A DNA stretch of 36,462 bases, taken from an uncultured Anaerolineales bacterium. Its GTDB lineage: Bacteria; Planctomycetota; Phycisphaerae; FEN-1346. The stretch is from contig CAYGZE010000002.1 of NCBI GenBank assembly GCA_964354185.1, forward strand, positions 1 through 36,462, written 5' to 3'. Positions 9,104 to 19,109 of the stretch are shown piece after piece (positions within the stretch are counted from its first letter, which is position 1; every line of letters starts with the position of its first letter). Below the pieces are notes generated by a model. The model had not been told where the DNA came from, searched no databases, and was given only the letters and a program-made list of their open reading frames with translations. A program made the position numbers and the translations under genes.

Positions 9104-10366
9104 ATGAAACTGTTGTTCTTGTCGCACGATATTCCTTCTCCTGCATCGTCCGATACCCTATCGCTTTATCACCTGATCGGTCATTTGTCAGCTCTGTACG
9201 GCCACGACATTACTCTTATTTCTTTTATTTCAGAGCGTTTCAGGGCGGAGGACTTCAAGCATTTGAAGAACTTTTGTTCTATCGAGAATCCGATAAAGAT
9301 TCAATGGAGCTCACGTAAAAAGCTGATTCTTAAAGCAGTCAAGAACAGTATTCTGAACCTGCCAAAAAACGTAAGACACGGTTTGTACGTTAACGAGCTT
9401 GATTATTATTACGATTATAGAATGGATCAGAAGATAAAAGAGGCCCTTAAAAAGAACAAGTTCGAGCTGATCTTTTCGACACGACAAATGGCAAGTTATG
9501 TCGTCGACGTTGATATCCCAAAGATCGTGCAGCCTTTTGATGCCATGTGGGAATGGCACAGACAAATTTTTGCCAATTCAAGAGGGTTGAAAAGAAGTAT
9601 CTCCGGTATTCGCTATGCGTTAAATCGATTATATGAAGAGCGTATTTATGACAAGTTTGACAGGTGTTTGGTTGTAACTCAGCGAGACAAAGAGCTTCTT
9701 GAGTCATTGAATCCACGGATACGATGTACTCTAATACCTATCGCAGTGGACGTCGATTACTTCAGCCCTCTTGATATAAACGAGGAATCTGCTGCTTTGA
9801 CTTTCCTAGCGCACCTGCAATATCCTGTGGTGATTGCTAATGTTTTGCACTTCTACAAAGACGTTTTCCCTTTGATACGCAGGGAAAATCCCGATGTCAA
9901 GCTTTACCTCGTTGGCCGCAACCCAGCAAAAGAGATAATAGATTTATCGACTGACCCTGCAGTAAGTGTGACTGGATATGTGAATGATGTAAGACCATAT
10001 CTCGCGAAGTCCACTGTGGTCATCGCTCCTGAGATTTTAGGAACCGGAATGAAGTATAAAGTGCTCGAAGCAATGTCTATGGGTAAAGCCGTAGTAACAA
10101 CGACACTTGGGGCGCAAGGAATTGCCGCTAACAACCGAGAGCACCTCGTGGTTGCAGATACGCCTGCCGACTTTGCGAAAGCAACGCTTTCTCTTTTGAC
10201 AGATCGAGGTTTGAGGGCACCTCTTGGAACAAACGCTCGGAAGCTCGTGGAAGAACTTTATTCTTGGGAAGCTATAACCAAGGAAGTAAATCAGTTACTC
10301 GTCGACATAGTATCTGAGAGAGGATCTGATTTAGCTCTGGTGCAATCTTCGACGCATCTTACATAA
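9104..10366 (+). CDS. GT4-family glycosyltransferase
   Basis: GT-B C-terminal half 'GRNPAKEI...VIAPEILGTGMKYKVLEAMSMGKAVVTT'. ATG at 9104 gives 'MKLLFLSHD'; TTG at 9092 is an alternative start. Confidence 0.85.
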   Translation: MKLLFLSHDIPSPASSDTLSLYHLIGHLSALYGHDITLISFISERFRAEDFKHLKNFCSIENPIKIQWSSRKKLILKAVKNSILNLPKNVRHGLYVNELDYYYDYRMDQKIKEALKKNKFELIFSTRQMASYVVDVDIPKIVQPFDAMWEWHRQIFANSRGLKRSISGIRYALNRLYEERIYDKFDRCLVVTQRDKELLESLNPRIRCTLIPIAVDVDYFSPLDINEESAALTFLAHLQYPVVIANVLHFYKDVFPLIRRENPDVKLYLVGRNPAKEIIDLSTDPAVSVTGYVNDVRPYLAKSTVVIAPEILGTGMKYKVLEAMSMGKAVVTTTLGAQGIAANNREHLVVADTPADFAKATLSLLTDRGLRAPLGTNARKLVEELYSWEAITKEVNQLLVDIVSERGSDLALVQSSTHLT

Positions 10367-10953
10367 TATTGGTGATCAAGAAGATAGGTTATTTATCGTA
10401 CTGAAGTGGCGCAATAAACCAATGAGCCAAATGTACGATTTACGACAGGTGATGGCTCGTGTCACCGCTTTCTGTCTTTTGGCTGTTGACCCGCAGAAGT
10501 CGCTCCTGTCGATGCGAGGGATGACGGAACTGAATGTTACTAAAATAATCACAGAGCTTTCTTTCGACCAATAAACTTGCTATTATCTGATACATTGCTT
10601 CGGCGCGAGCTTCAAAGCACAATGATCAGACATATGCAAGCTCGCCGAAAAATCGTTTCGGGATCGAATCAGAGGGCTCAATTGTAGGGTAAGAGTATAG
10701 CGCTCTTCATAGTAAATTTCACACTTGTCACAAAGCAAGAATGGGCGCTCAAGAAGTGTCTATAACGTTAGATAAGATCGCTGCATTGAAGCGTGAGCGC
10801 TCCGAGAGAGACCAGGGAATAAGCGCAAATATATCGGTAGAAAAGCAGCATCGATGTTGATTATGCGTTTCTTAGCATCCAGAGGGTTTGGCAAGAACCG
10901 ACCCCAATGAGATAACACGGAGCGGAACGACGTGACCCTCCACGGAGCCTCGT

Positions 10954-11724
10954 TTATGGTGAACTCGGAGCCTCCTTATCTTTGTTTTTTGCTATCCCTT
11001 CAGCTATAATAGTGAAGCCATATTCTTGATGCCGAGATATTTTTTCAGCAAGCAATACAAAAGGACAGGCTATAAATGAAGCTAGGCAATAAGCTAAAAC
11101 AGATCCAGATAAATTGACAGTGCTAGCTATAAAAAAGCGACTGATAGGTGTAGTTAGCAGATATCTACTCCTCGCAGTTTCAAAACCAGTCTGTCCAAAT
11201 CGCTCCTTTAGAGAAGCTTTCGTATAGAAATTAACTACTTGAAATACAAGCTTGTGTTTTTCTTTTGTTCTTGCTCCAATCGGAGCTGTAAAGCTATCTG
11301 TTGTGAGTATGAGTCTCCCGTTAGGCTTTAAAACTCTATGCATTTCGCTTAAGGCTTTTATATCTTCTCTAAAATGTTCTAAAGAGGAACTGCATACTAT
11401 CTTGTCGAAAAAGTTGTTTGGGTAAGGTAAATCTACGGCATCCCCGATTCTAAAGTGAGAATGGATCTTAAGTTTGTGTGAGAGCGCTCTTGCATCAGCA
11501 ATCGCGATCGTCGATCTATCAATGCCATAGACAGTGCCAACGCGTTCAGCGATCTTTAGGCTGAGTTCTCCGTCACCGCAAGCTAGATCCAATATTTTCT
11601 CGTTTTTATTTGGCTGGACCCACTCAAGTATGACTGGATACTCTATGCGTCTTTGAAAGTAAATTGTCCAGAAGAATTTATAATTCAGATATTTAACGAA
11701 TGTCTTTAGGTCCCTAATCTTCAT
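10954..11724 (-). CDS. Class-I SAM-dependent methyltransferase (Methyltransf_11-like)
   Basis: 'ILDLACGDGELS' (motif I), 'FDKIVCSSSLEHFRED...RVLKPNGRLIL'. Confidence 0.85.
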   Translation of the reverse strand: MKIRDLKTFVKYLNYKFFWTIYFQRRIEYPVILEWVQPNKNEKILDLACGDGELSLKIAERVGTVYGIDRSTIAIADARALSHKLKIHSHFRIGDAVDLPYPNNFFDKIVCSSSLEHFREDIKALSEMHRVLKPNGRLILTTDSFTAPIGARTKEKHKLVFQVVNFYTKASLKERFGQTGFETARSRYLLTTPISRFFIASTVNLSGSVLAYCLASFIACPFVLLAEKISRHQEYGFTIIAEGIAKNKDKEAPSSP

Positions 11725-11859
11725 GCTAAGTTGCGTAAATAGTCGTATACTCTTTTTTTAGCCAACAGATAGTCATAGCAAGATATATAGTAACAGGGGA
11801 TTTCGTTAGCGTATTATCTATTTGCTGTCAGCCAGCGATAGAAATGTCAGCATGGAGGG

Positions 11860-13056
11860 ATGAAGCTGGGAAAGCACGATACCTCGCGGGGGATTAATGG
11901 GAAGCGTAAGAAACCGAATGTTGGCATTATGGTAGGAGAGCACTTCGAAAGATCTGGTGAAACTCCCTTGGCCAATCTGATCGCACTAGCCGCCCCGCTA
12001 ACAAATAAATTATTTCTTATTATTGGGGATTATCCAATTTCTATACCGCAGGTTGAGGTCCTTAAAATTAAAACTACACGGCGACGATTAGTTGTAACCC
12101 GAGTGTTTCAACAGGTTTTAACCCATTTGCGGGTCTTACTGTTGATGATAAAATTGCGCAAAGAGATTGACATCTTGATCTACATTTTCGGAACCCCTTT
12201 TCCAATCCCGCTTGTATTTGCGCAAGCTTTAGGCATGAGATGCTTCATTATCTTGGCATACGAGGGATCTGGAAAAGTCGTCGAGGCACTTAAAGAAAGC
12301 GGCGCTCCACGACAATTTGGAGAACTCACTAGGCTGCGCGCCCAAGCGGTGCTCGAACGGATTGGTTATTATTTTGCAGACAAGCTGATTATATACAGTC
12401 CAACCATTATTGACCGAATGAGGCTGCAGAGGTATACCGCGAAAATCGTGGTGGCACACAGGCACTTTGTGAACTTCGACGAATATAGGTTCAAGAATAA
12501 CATTGAAAAGAGGGATACTGTAGTTGGTTATATAGGACGCATCACTGCAGAAAAGGGCATATGGAATTTTGTTGAGGCAATTCCTAAAATCTTGAACATT
12601 CGCAATGATGTGACATTCCTAATAGCGGGCGAGGGTATATTAGAAGAGGAAATCCGTACATACTTGGATAATAACAGTCTGCACAATCAGGTTAAGCTCG
12701 CGGGGTGGATTCCGCACCAGGAATTGCCTGAGTATTTAACTAGCTTGAAATTGCTCGTGCTCCCATCGTACAATGAAGGGCTTCCGAATGTCATGCTCGA
12801 AGCGATGGCATGTGGAACGCCAGTGCTTGCTGTGAGCGTAGCTTCCATACCAGATGTGATAAAGGACAAAGAAACCGGTTTTTTGATCAAAGACAATTTG
12901 CCCAAACATCTCGCAGATACGGTTGTGGAGACACTAGCAAGCCCAGACCTGAAACGAATTGTTGCTAACGCTCATACTTTCGTTGAAAGCGAGTTTAGGT
13001 ACGATAATCTCACCTTAACGTGGAAGAACATCATTTGCGGCACAAACGAAGGGTGA
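11860..13056 (+). CDS. GT4-family glycosyltransferase
   Basis: 'GRITAEKGIWNFVEA', 'LPSYNEGLPNVMLEAMACGTPVLA'. Start is uncertain because GGAGGG abuts ATG 11860. Confidence 0.85.
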   Translation: MKLGKHDTSRGINGKRKKPNVGIMVGEHFERSGETPLANLIALAAPLTNKLFLIIGDYPISIPQVEVLKIKTTRRRLVVTRVFQQVLTHLRVLLLMIKLRKEIDILIYIFGTPFPIPLVFAQALGMRCFIILAYEGSGKVVEALKESGAPRQFGELTRLRAQAVLERIGYYFADKLIIYSPTIIDRMRLQRYTAKIVVAHRHFVNFDEYRFKNNIEKRDTVVGYIGRITAEKGIWNFVEAIPKILNIRNDVTFLIAGEGILEEEIRTYLDNNSLHNQVKLAGWIPHQELPEYLTSLKLLVLPSYNEGLPNVMLEAMACGTPVLAVSVASIPDVIKDKETGFLIKDNLPKHLADTVVETLASPDLKRIVANAHTFVESEFRYDNLTLTWKNIICGTNEG

Positions 13057-13093
13057 CATCTGACTGCATAGCTGATGCAGTGAGCCAAAGAGC

Positions 13094-14107
13094 ATGAAGA
13101 GAGCGAAAAGAGTGTTGTTTGTCGGTGCTTGTGGGGTGTATTTCAGAACCTTTATGCAATGGGACTTGGATATCTTGAAGGAAGAGTTTGATGTTAGACT
13201 GGTCGAAGTCTGTTATGGCAAAAGTCAGTTGAGACGTACTTTAACAACCCACTGGAACCTGCTCTTAGGCGTTGCTTGGGCAGACGTGGTATTTTGTTGG
13301 TTTGCAAATTACGAGGCTTTTGCTGCAATCGCGTTGTCACAGCTGTTCAACAAAAAAACGGCGATAGCCGTTGGAGGACAAGACGTGACCACAATCCCAG
13401 AGCTCGGATATGGACTGGAATTACATAGCAGGCAGCATTTCTATCAAAAATTCGCACTGAATAGAGCGACGAAAGTTTTGCCCGATTCAAGAGACGCAGA
13501 AAAAGGAGCCTTGCGCTTTGTTAAAGACGCGGCAAAGGTTACGATGGTTTATCTTGGCATCGATGTTGAGAAATTCCATCCATTCGGTACTCAAAAGGAC
13601 GTAGTGATAACCGTAGGCGCCGTCACTCACAGTAACCTAAAGAGGAAAGGGCTCGAAACGTTCGTCAAATCTGCAGCCTACCTACCTAAAATAGAGTTTG
13701 TCCTAATTGGTCAGTTTCTAGATACGGCCATCGACTACTTACAATCGATTGCAACAAAAAACGTAAAATTTGTCGGCCATCTTCCTGAAAACGAACTTAT
13801 AAGGCAGTACCAGCAGGCTAAAGTGTATGTGCAAGTGTCTGCTCACGAAGCGTTCGGCGCTTCTTTGGCAGAGGCGATGGCGTGTGGATGTGTGCCTGTC
13901 GTTACTGATAGAGGAGCCATTCCTGAAGTTGTTGGGGAAACAGGGATTTATGTTCCTTACGGAGATGCAGCAGCAACAGCTGAAGGGATTAGGAGTGTGC
14001 TGGATTTAAATAACGGACAAAAAGCAAGACAACGGATTAAGGCGATCTTTACCATCGACAAAAGACGAAAAGAGTTACTTAAATCGGTCGATGAGCTTAT
14101 TTGCTGA
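13094..14107 (+). CDS. GT4-family glycosyltransferase
   Basis: 'SAHEAFGASLAEAMACGCVPVVTDRGAIPEVVG' EX7E-type region. Confidence 0.85.
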   Translation: MKRAKRVLFVGACGVYFRTFMQWDLDILKEEFDVRLVEVCYGKSQLRRTLTTHWNLLLGVAWADVVFCWFANYEAFAAIALSQLFNKKTAIAVGGQDVTTIPELGYGLELHSRQHFYQKFALNRATKVLPDSRDAEKGALRFVKDAAKVTMVYLGIDVEKFHPFGTQKDVVITVGAVTHSNLKRKGLETFVKSAAYLPKIEFVLIGQFLDTAIDYLQSIATKNVKFVGHLPENELIRQYQQAKVYVQVSAHEAFGASLAEAMACGCVPVVTDRGAIPEVVGETGIYVPYGDAAATAEGIRSVLDLNNGQKARQRIKAIFTIDKRRKELLKSVDELIC

Positions 14108-14202
14108 CTGTTTTGAAAAAGCCTTGAACAATAGCTTGTATGCGTTCCACCGTGTACGCAAATGTATCGGGTCGACACACAGATGATATGTTATAACTGC
14201 AA

Positions 14203-14459
14203 TTACCCCTCCTCAAGGGACACTGAAAAAATGATTAGCCGACATACTCGATATACTTCACGGAGGGTCATGAACTCATCGGTGTGCTCGAGTACGTTTA
14301 TCTGCAAACGGTATCGAAAGGCTTGTCTTTGGAGGTCAAGTGACGTGCAACGCCCTTTCTGAAGTAGCGCGTAATGTTCGCGCGAAGGCGCTGAATTAAG
14401 TCAAACCTGCACATCAAGTATCCGTGCGACAGGATAGCCTTTTTCGCTGCTCTTGTTCC
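14203..14459 (-). pseudogene. Decayed class-I methyltransferase fragment
   Basis: The minus strand reads '...FRKGVARHLTSKDKPFDTVCR*' and, one frame over, 'INVLEHTDEFMTLREVYRVCRLIIFS'. Joined by a 1-nt correction, this mirrors 'FRIGDAVDLPYPNNFFDKIVCSSSLEHFREDIKALSEMHRVLKPNGRLILTT' of the intact gene at 10954..11724. Confidence 0.45.
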
Positions 14460-14862
14460 GCGGTGGGCTTGTTAGGGACAAGTAATGGTGCAGTTAATCG
14501 TAAAGTGTCATTCTGTTTTTTGCCCTTGCGAAATTCGGCAAGTGATTATTATCCAGTCGAGTATGTGAAGTTATATTAGACAAGCATGGCGAGCAGCAGC
14601 TAACGGGAGGGAGGTGAGAGAAACGGACTGGTCTAGGTCTTCTGCTTGTTCTGAATTTGCATGCGAATAATTTCGCTAAGTGGCCTTTTTGGCAATTGTC
14701 TCCCTTCTGGCGTTCTGCGTTGTTTTTTCGCGCCGTCGGTTGAAGCGTCGATTAGAAAAGATTCATATGTGACAACCCTGATAATGTCAGCAATCTGACA
14801 CAATAGTCATGGGCTTCTACCACGATTAACCACAAGAATTTAGTTTACCAGTGTTGAATGCG

Positions 14863-17049
14863 ATGGCCAACTTAGACTCAAAAACAATATGTGCGTTGAC
14901 GCTGTCATTCATCGGGTTTACAGACATTTCTATCATTTTGGATATTCCCATTCTGAGGCAAGTCCTCGGATTTGCGTTGCTCACCTTCTTACCGGGGTTT
15001 TTGCTGATTAAGATACTGAAATTGGGCAAGAATCGAGTAGAGGCGCTGTTGTTTTTAGTGGGACTTAGCATCTGCTTTTTGTTTTTTGTTCCATTAGGGA
15101 TAAACTTTACGTACCACGCATTAGGCATTTCGCGCCCGATATCCCTCCTCCCCCTCACTATAACATTGTCGTTGATTTTGGCAGCATTGAGTTTGGTTAG
15201 CTACTGGAAAGTCCCTGTGGGGTTTCAAATTACTAAAAAAGACATCAGGGTGTCGATTAGCAGGATTATGAGCACTACAGCACTAGGGGCAGCATTGATC
15301 CTGGTACTTGGTATTCTCGGAGCACTCTTTGTTTGGTTTTATAGCAACTCCTTTTTTTCTTTGCTCTCATGGTTGAGCATTGCCATGATCGTTGCTCTAA
15401 TAGTAACAAGTCGGAGGATTCCCGAGCGTTTTTACCCGCTCTTTGTCTTGATAATTGCTCTCACTCTTCAATACAGCCGGACGCTCACATCGCCAAATCT
15501 ATTCGGAGTAGACGCCCATTATGAGCTCTATTTTGCTGACTTGGTAAAATCAGCTGGGTATTGGGATCCAAGTTTTTCGATACGTAACGTGTACTTTAGC
15601 AACTATTTTGCAATGCTAAGCGTGACCATGCTGCCAAATGTCTATTCCATCTTACTCAACATTGACCTCGTCTGGGTGTTTAAGTTGATATCACCCTTCA
15701 TTTTCGCTTTTGTCCCCTTAGGGCTATACGAGATATACAAGACGCAGGTAAAATTCAGCAGTAAGGCGGCATTTCTCGCTACGTTCTTTTTCATGTCCTT
15801 TTTCGCATTTTATCTTGCTATGCCCTGGGTTACGAGGCAGGAAATCGCAGAACTCTTCCTGGTGCTTGTGATACTACTATTCACGAGTAAAGGGGTGCCT
15901 GAGCCGAAAAAAACAGCACTGCTAATACTGTTTATAGGCGGGATGGTGGTCGCTCACTACACAACAGCCTACATATTCCTGTTTTACCTCGCCGTTCTTT
16001 TGATCGGATCGTTCATAATAGCATCAAAAAACAGACAGAAACGGCGGGTATCACTAGCCACTGTATTGATTGTTCTTTTAACTGTATTGATGACTTTTGG
16101 ATGGTATTTGTTTGCTTCTCATGGTGCACCACTGCAGGCACTTGCCCAAGTAGGGAGCCGCGCTTACAGCTCAATGCTCTCTCTTAGTAGCGATCCTTAC
16201 GTTCAGGCTGGGTTAGGTGGCGGCGTAGGTGGTTTGCCGCTCGCTCACGTGTTAGGCCGTGTTTGGCAAATCGCCACAGAAGTCTTAATTATAGTTGGGT
16301 TTGGCTTTGTGATATGGCGGCGCGAAACTCATAAGATGAGTTCCGCATTATTTTTGCTTTCGCTTGCAAGTTTCGCCGTGCTGCTAGTCGTTGTAGGTTT
16401 TCCGTCGCTCGGTACAGCGGTAAACTCTTATAGGGCGTATTCTGTCGCTTTACTTTTTTTGGCTCCCTACTGCGTAATTGGCGTGCAGGTGATTTCTGCT
16501 TTCGCGTCTATTTGGCTCCGTGCCGACAAGGGTACAGTATTTAAGCTACAATCCGCAGCGCTGATCGGCGTGCTTATTCCGTATTTTCTTTTTCAATGTG
16601 GCTTTTTTTATGAGCTTACAGAGCATCAATCAAATTATGCTTTCTTACCCTCGCAGAGTCAAAACCAACTGGTTCTTAATTACTCTGATAATGCAAGCTG
16701 GTCATATGCAGCAGCTGCACCTATACCTGCTGAAAGCGTCTATGCGAGTAAGTGGCTTTGCAGCACGATGGGCCGATCTCCGGTCTACGTGGACGGTTAT
16801 AGAAGCGCCGAACTCATTGGTTATGGGCACATTTCGCCGAACTCGGTCATTGGTCCTACGATCTACAACGTAAATCTACCGCTCAAAAATACGTACATCT
16901 ATCTCGCTGGTGCGAATGTCCAGCAAGGTACCCTCCTCGTAACAACCGAGGAACGGCAAATTTCAACCATCCCTGCGCTGACTACTGCAAACCGAATATA
17001 CAGCAACGGTCTTGCGCAAGTTTACTACACCCCTGCGTCAATACTTTGA
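14863..17049 (+). CDS. Large polytopic membrane protein, DUF2206-like; possible GT-C-type transferase or polymerase
   Basis: About 560 aa with many hydrophobic helices, followed by a roughly 170-aa soluble C-terminal domain. ATG at 14863; GTG at 14851 is an alternative. The DUF2206 assignment is from memory of archaeal homologues. Confidence 0.75.
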   Translation: MANLDSKTICALTLSFIGFTDISIILDIPILRQVLGFALLTFLPGFLLIKILKLGKNRVEALLFLVGLSICFLFFVPLGINFTYHALGISRPISLLPLTITLSLILAALSLVSYWKVPVGFQITKKDIRVSISRIMSTTALGAALILVLGILGALFVWFYSNSFFSLLSWLSIAMIVALIVTSRRIPERFYPLFVLIIALTLQYSRTLTSPNLFGVDAHYELYFADLVKSAGYWDPSFSIRNVYFSNYFAMLSVTMLPNVYSILLNIDLVWVFKLISPFIFAFVPLGLYEIYKTQVKFSSKAAFLATFFFMSFFAFYLAMPWVTRQEIAELFLVLVILLFTSKGVPEPKKTALLILFIGGMVVAHYTTAYIFLFYLAVLLIGSFIIASKNRQKRRVSLATVLIVLLTVLMTFGWYLFASHGAPLQALAQVGSRAYSSMLSLSSDPYVQAGLGGGVGGLPLAHVLGRVWQIATEVLIIVGFGFVIWRRETHKMSSALFLLSLASFAVLLVVVGFPSLGTAVNSYRAYSVALLFLAPYCVIGVQVISAFASIWLRADKGTVFKLQSAALIGVLIPYFLFQCGFFYELTEHQSNYAFLPSQSQNQLVLNYSDNASWSYAAAAPIPAESVYASKWLCSTMGRSPVYVDGYRSAELIGYGHISPNSVIGPTIYNVNLPLKNTYIYLAGANVQQGTLLVTTEERQISTIPALTTANRIYSNGLAQVYYTPASIL

Positions 17050-17551
17050 TCGCTCATCTCAGACGTTCCTTGAATTCAAGCGGAATGATCTATAAATTTG
17101 TGGACCGATTCTTTTTTGCTACTACTAAATAAGCCCACGTGAAATCTGTGGCAGAGTCGACTTTGTTGCTGGTAGCATATCAATTGTATGATCACGGCTA
17201 TAATTGGAATTACCCATCAAAAGGGGTTTAGTTTACCCCTCGCCTTTCGAAAGTTTGAGTCCATTACGTAATTGGCAAGCTCCAGCCCAAATGTGACCCA
17301 AAACCCAGATAAGGGCCTGAGTTCCGTGATTTCAAATCCGTTTTATACTCGCAGCTTCGCAAATGGAGTCTACTGGAAACCAGCATTTTAGTTGTTGTCG
17401 AGATGCAACGAAGGTGGATACGTACTGCGCTCTCACGATGTTATTCGATCTTGCCGTCGATCCTACGTTTTACTCGCTTTCAATTACCGTGAGCAGAATG
17501 AGCCCAGACAATTGAAAGTTCGGTGTCACCATTACATTTTCGGCGTTTTTG

Positions 17552-18343
17552 TCAAGAGTATGCAAAAAAGATCATTGGATTTGCGATGCTAGAATGGATA
17601 TTGTCCTGGATCCCGAGTTCGCGTTTTAGCATTGTAATGCGATTATAAAACGAGTAGTTCTTTGCAGGGGCCGCAGTGACATAATTAATGTCATTTTGTT
17701 GCAGCCATTGCGTGGTCACCTGACCCTCCCCATATGGCGGCGCTGGTTCGGAGTCATGAAATACGTCGTGAATACTAACTAATGCTCCGCCTTTTAATTT
17801 GGGGAATATGTTTTGAATATACCAAGCCGCGAAGTCTGACGAATGATCGGCGTCCATTAGAAGATACTCAATTTTGTCAGGCATTCCACTGACGGTTTTT
17901 TTTACATCACCCTTTTGAAAAACCCATTTCAAAGTCAACAAATCCGATGGTAGTGTTTTCAACGAATCATCAACAAGATCGTACGAATAGAGCTTGCCAT
18001 AATCATTATCCCTAATACCATTAAGAATCCACGACGTTGACCAGCCCCCCGAAGGAGAGATCTCGACTAATGTCTTCGGACGTGATGCTCTGATCAGGAG
18101 GTAAGTGATTTCCGCTTCGACATCATCGAAATGTGGGTCCAGCAGCACCATTTGACAAGAACGGACAATTGTTCTTGCCAGGTATTTGGGCGGGACTAGT
18201 CGAGATACGTAGTGCTTCCTCAGGCGTTGGAGACTCTCGCTATATGAACTGTAGATTCTCTTCTGACTGTCTCTAACTTCTTTTAGCTCATCGAGAAAGC
18301 GAGTATATAGGTCGAGAATGTAGTCTTCTTCAATTGGCAGCAT
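17552..18343 (-). CDS. Class-I SAM-dependent methyltransferase (Methyltransf_24-like)
   Basis: 'LVEISPSGGWSTSWIL' (motif I), 'LLMDADHSSDFAAWY'. AGGAGA lies 7 nt upstream of the ATG. Confidence 0.8.
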   Translation of the reverse strand: MLPIEEDYILDLYTRFLDELKEVRDSQKRIYSSYSESLQRLRKHYVSRLVPPKYLARTIVRSCQMVLLDPHFDDVEAEITYLLIRASRPKTLVEISPSGGWSTSWILNGIRDNDYGKLYSYDLVDDSLKTLPSDLLTLKWVFQKGDVKKTVSGMPDKIEYLLMDADHSSDFAAWYIQNIFPKLKGGALVSIHDVFHDSEPAPPYGEGQVTTQWLQQNDINYVTAAPAKNYSFYNRITMLKRELGIQDNIHSSIANPMIFFAYS

Positions 18344-18746
18344 TTTTTGCTCTCCTGCTCATCTTTACAGGACTTGTTGAAACTATATATAGGTAGTTTA
18401 AGCTACTACAGGGATCTTTATGGATAATCATGCCTTTTTTGCTTCTATAATTAGATCTACGAGATAATTTGCCTGTGAAGCTTAATAGTGTTGCAGTGCG
18501 GGTTGAGATTCAAACGCGTTGATCTGGCATGGCTATCGATTAAGCTGCAAACTCCGGCAAGCTCCAGCGTCTAGATAAGCAATCACACAGCGGAAGCATG
18601 TAAAGCGGGAACCGCGAGCTGCGATTGAGCACGATGCCATAGCTTATGCTGCTTTTGTTAAGATCCGCTATTACTTGGCTTAGGCCAATGATTTTTTACT
18701 CATTAGTCAACTTTAATTGCCTATTGGCTCTGCTGCGTCGCAATGT

Positions 18747-19001
18747 CAAAGAGGCTACTCCTCTAAACTAAAACTCCTTGTCGTCACCTGATGCAACGAA
18801 AAGCTTCCAAACGTCATGCTTGAAGCAATAGAGTGTATAGCACCAGTGCTTGCGTTGAGCAACGCCCCTACGTCGGACTTACAAAGGATAAAGAACTGGT
18901 TATCTTATCCATACGATTCGCCCGCCCACCTCGCCGATGCAATAATGGAGACACTGGCATAACTGGACTCAAAACGAATTGTCCGTGATGCCCACTCGTT
19001 G
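18747..19001 (+). pseudogene. Decayed C-terminal fragment of a GT4 paralogue (two in-frame stops)
   Basis: Reads 'GYSSKLKLLVVT*CNEKLPNVMLEAIECIAPVLALSNAPTSDLQRIKNWLSYPYDSPAHLADAIMETLA*LDSKRIVRDAHSL'. The intact 11860 gene has 'EYLTSLKLLVLPSYNEGLPNVMLEAMACGTPVLAVSVASIPDVIKDKETGFLIKDNLPKHLADTVVETLASPDLKRIVANAHTF'. Confidence 0.7.
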
Positions 19002-19109
19002 CCAATAATGCCGCGTAAGCAGTGAAGCGATGTGAGGAAGTCCGAAATGATACTGTCCCCAGAGCAAACGGGAAACTTTTTAATAATTTGTTCTAAAGAA
19101 CGTACGGGG

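Noticed and set aside
10371-10574. Open frame '...RQVMARVTAFCLLAVDPQKSLLSMRGMTELNVTKIITELSFDQ*' right after the GT4 at 9104..10366, reminiscent of a GT4 C-terminal tail
   Set aside because: It matches only a loose generic pattern ('..ll.dp....m.......fs.d') and has no residue-level alignment to any GT4 in the window. It may be another relic but cannot be supported by eye.
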